64,000 bases of DNA from contig NW_002060953.1 in NCBI RefSeq assembly GCF_000150275.1, positions 2,332,414 to 2,396,413 of the forward strand, read 5' to 3'. Within the stretch, counting starts at the first letter, position 1. Every line of letters starts with the position of its first letter. A program made the position numbers and the translations under genes. The notes below the pieces were generated by a model. It was not told the DNA's origin and searched no databases. It was given only the letters and a program-made list of their open reading frames with translations. This DNA is from Trichoplax adhaerens (taxonomy: Eukaryota > Animalia > Placozoa). Below, one piece after another: positions 13,234-25,000 of the stretch.

Positions 13234-16200
13234 ATGAGTGTTAGACGCCAGCTAACAAGAACCGATTGCTATCACGGCAATATCGGCCGAAAGAATGCAG
13301 AAGAAGAACTTAGAAAATCTATCTATGAAGTTGGTACTTTTTTAATACGAAGTAGTACGGACAAACCAAATTACGCTCTATCGCTAAAAAGTCCGCTAAA
13401 ACAATCTATAGCTCATTATTTAATTTTATGGCACGGCCCAATTTATCAACCGTTTTACAGCATCGAAGGTGGCCCACTCTTTCCCAATATCAGTCAATTA
13501 ATCTCGTTCTATACCCGCTCCAATGAAGGTTTGCCTTGTACTTTAGGCTTTTCAGTTATTAGTAATCCGATGCCAAGACTACAGCAACCACCAGCTTATC
13601 CGGAAACACTTATTGATAAGATCCATGTGGCAGCATTTGCTGGCGATTTAACTACAATTCAAGAGTTAGTCAGTTTAAATCCGAACTGTGTTAACATTAG
13701 AAATGCCATGCAATGTACACCCTTACATGTAGCCTGTCTGTGCTGTCATGAAAATGTCGTCATTGAACTATTGAAAGCCAAAGCCGACGTTGATGCCGTA
13801 GACATCAGAGGATATACGCCGTTAATGGTAAAATTAATGCTATAAAATTAAGTAAAACCATTTAAAATAAATATGTGAATAGGTCTACTTATTCGCTTAT
13901 TTTCTTCCATATAACGTGGCCTACATAGTTAACTAAACGGGATAGAGAATTCTGACTGTTCTATACTGTAAATAATAAATGAAGTTTATTAGTTAATTTA
14001 TAGTTGTACAAAATCGTTATTATGAACTAAATTACTTACTAACCCAGTAATCGCATTTGTCTACACGATTGTAGTGTATGGGTTTATAACCTATAACTAC
14101 TATAATTAGCTGAATTCGTTACAGTGACATCGGGTAGATTACTAGATTACGTGTCATGACTGTTAATAGTATTAGCTCTGATGCGAACATACTCGTATAC
14201 TCTATATCTTACTATAGTATGCCGCAACTGTTGGTCATACGACTATATGCCAGAAATTATTAAATGATGGAGCCAACTTGGCCCAACGTAGTCCTGTTAC
14301 TGGAAGATATGCACTTCATGAAGTAGCAATGAGAGGATATCACAATTGCTTACAACTATTATTGGATAGAGGAGCTCCATTACTGGCTACTTCATATGAT
14401 AATAAAACTCCTTTAGATATTGCGAGATTCTGGAATCGAGAAGAATGTTGCAATATCCTAGGTAAATGTCTTACATTATTATAACTACGTAAAAATTTTA
14501 ATGCGAAAAAAAGTTATTGAATTAATAATAATTGTCGGTAGACCGGGAAAGTAAGAGGGAAACTGGAACTATGGATGGCGATTGGTTGCACCAGGACATT
14601 TCTGATGAAGTAAAATTTTTACGATTCAATCAGTTAACTGATCATGCAAGAATATGTACTAAATTAGAGTAATTAGCTACTAGTGAATAATTGTAGTAGA
14701 TATTGCCGTAATAATTTTATAATAAATTATTTTATCCAATTTTTTGTAACCATGAGATATTAGTACAATACTGTGTTTCGCATATTATTTAATTTTCATG
14801 AAAATTTTTATTAATAAAGCAAGCTAAAGGCCTCATACGTGACTACGGAAACACAGAAGGACTTTTCATCGTAATTAAAGTTGCTGATACGGCCAATCCT
14901 TTCTTATTGCTTTTATGCGATGGCACACATATAGTTTCATATCCGATAACTTTAACGGTATATGTTTCTTTTCACAAGTTCGAATGTGTAATATCAAGTA
15001 GTCAGTGTCTTAGTATGAAATATCTAAGAAATATCATTAATTAATTAAATTATTTTACTTACTAATACAGTCCTTTATCACAGCTAATTATGGAAATATT
15101 TTTTGTTAGCAGGGCAACGGATACTCCATTCGCGATGGGCCAGTGTTTAGCTATTTATCTAATATGATCGATTACTATAAGAAATGGAAGGATGATACCT
15201 TACCGCTTAAGCTGAAAAATAATTTATCTAATAATGTATGTTAACTCATTACATAATTAGAGTCAATAATCGGATTTTGAGATTTCCTTCTGTTATAATA
15301 AAATCCAGATATCGTAATGAGATTCAATGAATATATGTATGCACGAAATATCACTTTATGAATCCAAACAAAACTAACGGTTTTTAATTATAAATATATC
15401 TAATTGATAGACATTTGATGCATTAAATTTATCCAATAACAGTCTGTGCTAGTATAGATGCTACGCAAACCAGATATCCCTTACACACTTTTTGATTGAA
15501 TTAGTACCTCAGGATTAGTACATTTTGCTCTGTACCTTTGTACCTAAACGTTGCAACATATATTTCTCTCACCCTTAAGCAATTGTCTTTATTCCGTAAT
15601 TAGGTAAAGCCTACTTCATCTACAGCTCATCTAATCAATTACAAAGACATGGAAAAACTTGGCGAACTTGGATCGGGTCAGTATGGTACCGTATACTCCG
15701 CTTACTGGCATCAGGGCGACGGGAAAAAAGTAAGTAAAATATCGTAATTACTGTATAATTTGCGTTATTTAACATTCAGAAAATGGAATTATTGCCGCTA
15801 ACATTCTAAATTGGTGCAATACTTTAAACAGATAAAGGTTGCCATGAAACAATTTTCGAACGATTTAGATACAAACATTTCTAGTGTAAGCATACTAATT
15901 ACAGCTAGTCGATTTAGTAAACTGATTTGATTAGTAAATCTAATTTACCTGTCAATCAAAGACATTTAAAACAATAAAATCTACCTAATTGGAAATAAAT
16001 TCGATACTATACGGTATAATAATACCTTTTAATCAATATTAGGATATATTAAAAGAAGCAAACATTATGCTAAATTTAAATCATCCGAATATCGTTCGCT
16101 TGTTGGGTATGTCCATACAGCCACTCGTTTTAGTAAGTTGAAAGTATTAAAAGAATAATTAGCTAAATTAAGTACGGCTTTGCTCTATTTACAGATTGCA

Positions 16201-17562
16201 CAATTTGTAAGTAAAAGTAATCACCTCTAAATACAATGTAAATCTATTTTAGATTCAAGAATTAGTGGTTATGGGATCGTTGATTGATCATGTTCGAAGC
16301 TGTGCTGAAAAGTCAATAACCATCGCATTAGAAATTAAGTTAGGCTGGGCAAAGCAAATAGCAGCAGGAATGGCTTATGTTCAGAGTAAAAATATTGTTC
16401 ACGGTGATTTAGCTGCAAGAAATATTCTCATGCAATCTGAAACTGTAGTAAGCATTTGATATTTCTCATCAAATGAGGGCATTAGCAAAAACACAATATT
16501 CATAGTACGCTCATTTTCTGCGAACTTAAACTGTAGGATAGGTTTAATATATTTAAATGAAAATATGTACTGTGAATAGGTTAAAATCACTGATTTTGGA
16601 TTAGCAAGTACAACTGATAGATATATCAACAACCCGTCTGATGCCAAAGAAGACGCAAATAGATTATTTCCAATTCGATGGTCAGTAAATAGTACCACAT
16701 TTTCGACAGTCATCAAAGTTGATTGTTAATTAGATTTTGAAATTACCTTAGCTAATGTTAGGATGATCTCTATGCGCATGTAATTTACAAGTCTAATTTA
16801 GCTTAGACAGAGCAGCATAGTATGTTGTTAAAATTGTTACACTAACAGACGATGACTATAATTACTTCTTTTTTGTTTCAGATATCAACATGTATAAATT
16901 AATATCCGCATTCTTCATTTCTTTTAGGTATGCTTTTGAATCTTTATTTGACAAAGTATACACAAGTAAGAGCGATGTTTGGAGTTTTGGTGTTTTGCTA
17001 TGGGAAGTATTTAGTGATGGGCAACAACCATACAAAGATATACCATCTGTGCGTGAGGTAATGGTATCATTATTCAACTTGCACAGTAAACTGCTTTAAT
17101 ATAAATCTATTATAAACTTTTGATAAGTTAGCAACTATACAACAGGCAATTTTCGGATTTATGAATATAAATCAAGTATAATTTTGGATATTGTAAGAAT
17201 AAGCATTGCAGAATATTGATAATGTAGATTACTTAGAATCTTCTACGCATAAATCTGTATATACGATTGTTTAGTTTTATATATCTCATGGTAGAATATG
17301 TTAATATTGTAATCTCTGAAAAATAGATCTGGTAAATTATTATCAGTCATAATGACGGATGTTTACTTTTTTATTCTGCTAACTTAACGACTAATAATAG
17401 ATCATGGATTATTTAATTGCTGAAAAAAGATTAATTTTACCTCGTGGCTGTCCAACTGATATTTGTAATATCATGAACACGTGTTGGAAAAGAAAGCCGG
17501 AAGATCGTCCAACATTCGCAAAGTTACAGCAGACCATCGATGAACTAATTCAGAGTTGCTAG
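13234..17562 (+). CDS. SHARK/HTK16-like non-receptor tyrosine kinase (SH2 - ~5 ankyrin repeats - degenerate SH2 - kinase)
   Basis: SH2 ([11 protein letters not shown]), ankyrin repeats (TPLHVAC, TPLMYAA, ALHEVA, TPLDIA) and a second SH2-like domain (WLHQDIS..GPVFSYL). Kinase motifs [48 protein letters not shown]. Confidence 0.9.
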
Positions 17563-19162
17563 AAACAAGATTGATAGTAGTGATTTTAATCAGAATCAAA
17601 AATTAAATTCTCGTTCTTCGATGGTAGTACTGTTTAATTTACCAAAAAATTAGGCTGACTTGGACATTCCATCTTTTTAAGATTGCTACTCTCTAAAGCC
17701 ACTAGAATTCAAGACAAACTTTCTTGGATATCTATATAGCTATCAGCTAATGAATGCTTCTTTGTGTAATGAATAGCACTATACTGACAATATAAATTAA
17801 GTAGCTTGCTGCAAAACAAATTATTAAGTTAAGTTTAACTCCGGGGATTTGAGCATATTCAGTTTATCGTCCAATTAATTACATTAATTGATTAATCCTG
17901 TAACCTAGATTACTTTATTTACAATTTTCTATTTCATATTAAATCTCATTATGTACATTATATTATCATTTACCTTTGAACTCATTAAGTTTTTACCCTG
18001 CTCTAAATAGCTTTAGTTAATATTCATGGTCAAGCAACAGTTAGCACGTTACAATACTTTCTGTGATTGTGGATCGGAACAATAGAGACTAAGAGTAAAT
18101 ATATTACTTGTGTAATTGTATTAAGAATCGGTTTATTCTTCCATTTAAAATTTTGAATGTTTAGAGTTTATTTGCATGTTAACTTGGATAGTGCTTACGA
18201 TATAATTGCTAAATACATCAGTAGGTGCCATTACCGGCGTTGAAATGATACCATAATCCTGGAATGATATATTGGTATTATATCCATTGCAATTAGCATG
18301 ATGTGTTTAAAATATACTTGTGCTTTGCTTTTAAGTATTGGTAATAGCTACTGTTATCATTATTCTAAGAAAATAAAAGCATAAGTAAAGAACAATTGTA
18401 TTAATCTGCTTGAAGGATAATTCCTAGCAGAAATAAATTTCGTAACTTATATCTGCATAGTTAGCAACAAAAGAATTTTACGAAGTTGAATTTAAATGCA
18501 ACTTAAAAAGATATGGGCTTTTTACGCTTATACTATATCTAACAAATTGCGTTGATCCTAAATAAGTAAATACAATACATTCAAACTGCGATATTCACGG
18601 TCTTAATAAAAGAGAGCCAGTAAATTTCATCAAAACATGCATCCAATAATCGTGCTAAAACAGAAGTTTATTAGTTTGTCTTATGATATTCAGAAATTGT
18701 AATAAGGATACCTGCGAGTGAAGCTATCAGCTTTCCGTCGATGTATTCATTTAATCAATAATTATCTACCATATAACAATAATTACTTATAATGCTACAT
18801 AATGAACAAGTACAATATGTAAAGATTAACTGGTCGCGATTTCTAATGACGAGTTTTATAGATCTGACCATAGCTTGAAATATATGATGTTTGACTCAGA
18901 ATTCTTGCAGATAAAGATTCTCACAAAAACTTGCATAGAACATATTCTTTATGATTAATATATTGAAAAGTTAAAGTTTAGTTTATCTCATTACAGTAAA
19001 CGTAAATATTTACACGTATGAACTATGCAATATTGTCTTGCCTTTCGTCAGAAGAAAATTTTAGGATATCAGAAATTACGATACTATGTATTAAGATACT
19101 CGTAAATTGCAAGAAGTTAAGATTCCATTGAAACCGTAAAATCTTTCATAATGATGAATAAT

Positions 19163-20204
19163 TTAAAATTTGATTTGTTCCGATAAAATTAGCTTGCTGG
19201 AAATAATATCTTTTAGCCATTTTTCTCGAAAGAACACTTGGCCAGGCCTACAAGAGTTTAATGGCATAATTTATTATCACAGTTACTAACAAAGAATATT
19301 AAAATTTTGATGAAGTAAACAATCGTTTATATGATCAATTGCCCCTCGATTTATACTACTATACTCGTATTTACAGTTCATAAACAAAAACAAAGATATA
19401 GCTGGAGATGAAATTGTACTGTACTTAATTTATGTAGACATTATCATTGTAAACTTACCGGTGCACCAATTTATGAGTCTCAAATACGAAGAAGACTTCC
19501 ACTGGCAGATCCTAAAAAGCACGTCAATATAGTTTGATAAATATATAATACTCCAGTTTTTATTTAATTGTAAATACTATCTCTTAATTTGGCTTGTAGG
19601 GATAGTACTGTATAACATCATAACTCACTTTAGGCTTTATTTCGCTTAGGCATATCGTAAAATAAACAGCAGCAGTAGCTCTAGGGATGGGTTTTCGCCT
19701 TGTAGGTATACTCCATAAGACGCGATATCGGTATAATTTATTATAAGGGTGATCATCTTCTTTCAAGAAATCAATGCAGTATAGCCAATTACTTTCGTAT
19801 TGCCATGTCTGTTAAATAGGTTAAAGCAAACTGCTATAGTAATGTATATCTTTTTTCAAGCACAGATACACACAAACACACACACACACTTATAGTTTAT
19901 TATGAATCTCCTTAACCTTAATGTATTCGTTTATTTGATCTTTTCCTTTTTCAATAGTAAAGTCGTTGCAAGTAGCCCATGATATATTAGGTCCCTTCTC
20001 GATGAAAGTGTTATTGTTGGGTAATGTTACTGCAGGCTCAAAATCTTGATATGTTGCACGACTTTCACTAGAAATAGTTGATTCCACATCATCTAATTTA
20101 AAGTTTGGAGAAGGGGTACTTCTAAATTCACGTTCTAATTCTTTATAAGCTGAGGCAATAATTTGATTGATAAGAGAATGAGCTTCTTCTTGTAAAGCTG
20201 CCAT
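19163..20204 (-). CDS. AKAP14: A-kinase anchor protein 14 (AKAP28)-like, 4 coding exons
   Basis: N-terminal amphipathic helix EEAHSLINQIIASAYKEL, then PNISW..FTIEKG..WLYCIDFL..YRVLWSIPTRRKPIPRATAAVYFTI..LPVEVFFVFE..LVHRPGQ..FREKWLKDII, typical of the AKAP28 domain. Confidence 0.9.
19861..19889. repeat. Short imperfect (CA)n microsatellite in AKAP14 intron
   Basis: cacagatacacacaaacacacacacacac. Confidence 0.7.
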
Positions 20205-20724
20205 ACTATGAGAATAATATTTATTGGTTTAGCATAAAGTAGGCGATAATTGCAAAGAAAATCGTTTACAATATTGATTGATCGTCATCCGTACCTACAG
20301 CAATTGGTGTTTCAGTTCTTTCAGCAAACCTTGAAAATACAAGATAATAGTACCTTAACTGGTCAGAATCAAATCTTGGAGAAAGATGATTTTTGTTAGA
20401 AGTGGAAATACTAAGAAACCTTCTTGCAGAAACGGGTTTTAATTATTTATTTTTATTTCATTGATCAACTATCAGCTGGACCCAGTCCGCATTGAACTAA
20501 TTCTATTTATTGAGGCCTTGAGTTATCCGCTACCAGTTAATTCTATCGTATCCTAATTATTCCCTTAAAGAATCAACAAAGTAATAATGCAGGGGTTGTA
20601 CTATGATGATATAGTGCAGCCTATAATTATACATTTAATCATATGGATTTGATGTCGGTCGTGTTTTACAGTTTTCTGGTTAAGTCGAAAATAGCATTTA
20701 GCATAGTAAATTCTCTTGCTGTTG

Positions 20725-21790
20725 CGATGTACACTGTACACAGGATACTCTATCGCAGCACTGTACTGCATTCGCATCACTTGTCGTCATAGTAACGAAT
20801 CCGTTATTGCAGTAATAGAGTACTGTACATTGTACAAGTGGACATTGCAGTCCAGTAAGACTAGAGCGCAGTACAGTAAGGTAAAGACATCATGGGTAGG
20901 ATATGATTATTCATAAACTAGTGGCGAATAGGTATACGGTATACTCGTCTTTCGTGAATATTTCGATGGTACAGTATTCCTTTCGTTCCTTCAAAGACTA
21001 TAATGCGTAGACCAATCTTTACAGTCGTTGCATATCATGTCCAATTTTTTCCAAGTTATACTGTATCTACAGAAGGCAATGATTCTACTTCTTTGGTGTT
21101 GAGGAGGATAAGACAATCTTCGACACCGCTGTACCATAGTAGTCCTTCATTTTCCGCAATTTATCAAGAAATATCGTAGATACGTTTCCGTTCATTCAGA
21201 GCTGGTTAGAGGCAAATCAGGGCATGTTATCTAGCCTGCAGTAAAACCTATCGAAGCTGATCAGGCTGATGGATCTAGGAGCTGATCGACATTTGACATG
21301 GTCCAATGTCTACTGTGTACTGTACAGTGTACAGTACAGTTCGCTACCCTACTGTGTTCAGTGTGTGTGCAGTACAGTACAGTACAGTACTGAACATGAC
21401 AGTACTATGAAGTACAAAATCTTTCTAGTCTTACCAGCAAGATTTTACTACAGTGGCCCATGTAAGGTACTGTACATTGTGCAGTACTGTACATACAGTA
21501 TGTACACTGTACAGTACTATGGTGCAGTTTTCGGAAAAAAAAAAAGAAAAACTCTACTCACTGTGCAGTACTGTAACTCTAAGACTGTACAGTACTGTAC
21601 AGTACTGTACAGTGCACAGTACTGTAACTCTATGACTGTACACTGTACACTGTACAGTACAGTACAATACAGCTGTTCATGAACTTCATGGTTTGATACA
21701 GTACAGTATAGCAAAATCACGCAGTTTACAGTACACTGTAGTGTAGTCTCTAGTCGTAGCATACTGTACACTGTACATACAGTATGCTAA
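20725..21790. repeat. TACAG/CTGTA/TGTACA islands between divergent AKAP14 and PSMD1 (weak block ~20725-20880, dense block ~21310-21790)
   Basis: Long runs such as gactgtacagtactgtacagtactgtacagt, plus an internal 26-bp duplication (21566-21591 / 21617-21642). Confidence 0.92.
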
Positions 21791-22052
21791 CCATAGCACA
21801 TCAAATCGTGCAAACCAAAGCGGACTGTAACTATACATTCAACGGTGCTGAAGCAACACGGCGGTCTCCCTACTGACGGTACTGTACTGGAGAACCTTTG
21901 CGAGTTTGCCCTGCAAATTTTCCCACTGCGGTTGGCTTTTCTTCTATTGTGCAATCCGCAACGGTAGCTTGAGTTCATTGACTGGAAGTCTCCTTTCCAT
22001 CCGCCATCCATTTTCTCTGACTGGTCAAGAAATCTCTTCAAGCTTGATAATC

Positions 22053-25000
22053 ATGACCCTAACATCAGCAGGTATGTCCATTCTGCTTGTAAACTAAAAG
22101 TAAAAATGGATGATGGTTAGCGCGATAAAGTAGATGAGATACGCTAAGCAGTTCTACAGTACGGTACGAGTTCTATCGTGCTTCAATGATTCTCGCTGAC
22201 TTCACTCTGAGTCATCACAGACGTGGCCATTAGCCAATCCATCAATCGACGACTTTTACTTTTAACAGGGTAGACTAGCTTCCAGTTATTCTTCAATCGT
22301 CAATAAAATAAATGTTTTAAAAGTTGGATTAGCTTCTTAGGTAAAGGATGATCATGATAATAGGAGGAAGTCAAAGTAGAATGAGTCCGAGTGACTCAGT
22401 ATAGTCATTGTAGAGTAGACGATACGAGTGACAGTCTGTACGACTTTTGGCTTCGAGTGACTGAGGGTAGCGTTGAAAGTCGATCCATCTTGGCTGTTTT
22501 ACTATCCGATTTCCTGTATTAACAATTTGTAATTCAAATTTTGTTTATAATTTCTTTTTTGTAGCTGGAATTATTTCCCTATTAGAAGAAGAGGATACGC
22601 AATTAAAGGTTAGTCGTCGATGTCTACTGAATAGCAAAAAATTGTCTTATTCTACAGCTGTAATATGTCGTAGTTAATTCCATCAAAGTGATAACTGACG
22701 TACAACGATACACCATAGATGAATAAGTAGCATCGTGAGCGGCTAAGTTCTAGGATGACTTATAGATTGTTAACCTTAGCTATTTGATGATTGTTTCTAT
22801 AGAATTTTGCTTTGAGTAAATTAAATGACGTTGTCGACGATTTTTGGGCAGAAATTGCAGATTCCATTGAAAAGATGTATGTACAAAATGTTCAATTGTT
22901 CTATTTTGCCGTCAAAATTCACTTCATCCATAAGAGAACTTTAACTTAAAGTTAAATACAGTAATCTCTTTTTATCGTTCTACTTGAACTAATACATAAT
23001 AGTGAGGTATTATATGAAGACGCTGGATTCGAATATAGACAATTGTCGGCACTTGTTGCGTCCAAGGTACGCTGTTTGCTTGTAAAATTCTGAAATACGT
23101 TTGTCACAACTCTCTTTACTCGTATTGACAAAGGAAGCTATCAACTTGTGATCAGTATTAAATAAATTACCTATGATATGGTTTTAATGATAACATGCTC
23201 AAATTGATAGGTGTACTATCATCTTGGATCATATGAGGATTCATTGACTTTCGCCTTGGGTGCTGGACCGCTTTTCGATGTTAATGCTATATCCGAATAT
23301 GTTGATACTACGATATGTAAGATAGAGTCTATGCTTCACTACTAGTAATATGTTAATAATCTGATAATTAAGATGGTATTGATGTTGTAGTATGTCACCT
23401 ATTTTAATTTTTTACTAATGAAATAACTTGCTCTATTCTCCTAGCCAAATGCATCGATCATTATATTGGTTTAAGAGTGAAGATAATGGCGAGCGAAGAT
23501 ATTACAATAGACCCTAACTTGGAGGACTTAGTTAATAGAATGTTTGCCAGAAGTTTTAAAGAAGGGAAATTTAAGCAGGCTAGTTCTTCAAAGTTTAAAT
23601 TCGGTTTACCAGCATTTTAAAATGACCACCCAGTATTAATGAGCTCTTTGTAAACCAGGCGGTTGGCATTGCTATTGAAGCTCGGCGTATTGATGTATTT
23701 GAAAAAGCTATAACCTCATCTGTATGTTTAATCACCTACTGCTATTAATACATAATTCTATGATATAAACCAATTTGAAAGTATAACTATAAATACGCTA
23801 ATCATTATCATTTTCGAATGAGATAACATTACCAAAATAGGTTAACTTCATTTCTTCATATCCTTTTGATATATTCAGAACAATGTAGAAGAAATGTTGG
23901 CATACTCTTTTAAAATTTGTATGTCAGTATTGGAAAATAGACAGTTTAGAAATGAGGTACTCGATATTTTACGTGAATGACTGCAGCATGATTACTTATG
24001 AAAGTGCTGATAAACAATACTAGTAGAGAACTTGAAATTAATTTGAGCCACTTTTTTCATGTTCTAATAGGCTTTGAGAGTGATTGTGAGATTATACAAT
24101 CAAGCATCGAAGATCGACTACTTAAGCGTGTGTCAGGTAAATATTTAAATCCTGCAGTAATGCTAGTAACTGGTATCTTCGTAAGAACTGTATAGATATG
24201 CTTCTATTCTAAGTGACAATCATCGAACCTGTGAAGTAGTCTAATAACTGTAAGATGTGCTAAGCAACTCATCATAGTTTGCTTATTATTGCTACCTAGT
24301 GCTTAATTTATCTGGATGATCCTGTGTCTATATCAACTATTCTCACTCAGTTAATCCAATCGAATAATCAGGTATTTTGTATACTGTAAAATTGTGATTA
24401 TAATGAGCACAATCTTAGTACCTGCAATTTTGTTCAACTTTTGCACTTATTCTTAGGATGACGTACTGTCTGCGTATCAAATTGCGTTTGACTTAGTTGA
24501 GAACGCATCTCAGCAGCTCTTATCAAAAATTCTGAAAGAATTCAAAACAACTCTAGATGCGAACAATACAATGGAAGTTGAAAAGTAAGTATTTTGCAAA
24601 ATTAATTCAAGCATAAATATAAACGAAAGTGCTGATTATTAATTTTATGTGCTACAACTGTAGCAACGTCGAAAATACGGATAGTCCCTCTGCAGAACAA
24701 ACCAACGAGTCTAAGGCAGACAATCAAAAATCAGATTCGAATGAGGAAAACAGGACGCAATCGTCATCTGAACATAGCAATATGGATAAAATTTTGGAAA
24801 TATTACGAGGTGACATTACCATAAAGTTGATGTCAGAATTTTTATTTCGGAAAAATCGTTCCGATATGCAAATACTTAAGATTACTAAGGTAACATGGAA
24901 ATGGATTGAATAAATTTTTTGCGTAATAAATAATCTATAAGTGTTTTCAATGATTAAATTTGTAATTGTATCAAAATGTAAAGGACTACGCACGGAATGG

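Noticed and set aside
20295-21200. Possible extra upstream coding exons for AKAP14 (e.g. MNGNVSTIFLDK..)
   Set aside because: Could not be joined in frame to the ATG at 20204; more likely 5'UTR or non-coding.
21310-21790. Repeat islands as a CRISPR array or MITE
   Set aside because: No constant-length repeat with unique spacers, no cas genes, eukaryotic context, and no shared termini or target-site duplications between islands that I could see.
22072-22564. Intronic C/D snoRNA in PSMD1 or NDK first introns
   Set aside because: No proper RUGAUGA...CUGA pair with a terminal stem could be identified by eye.
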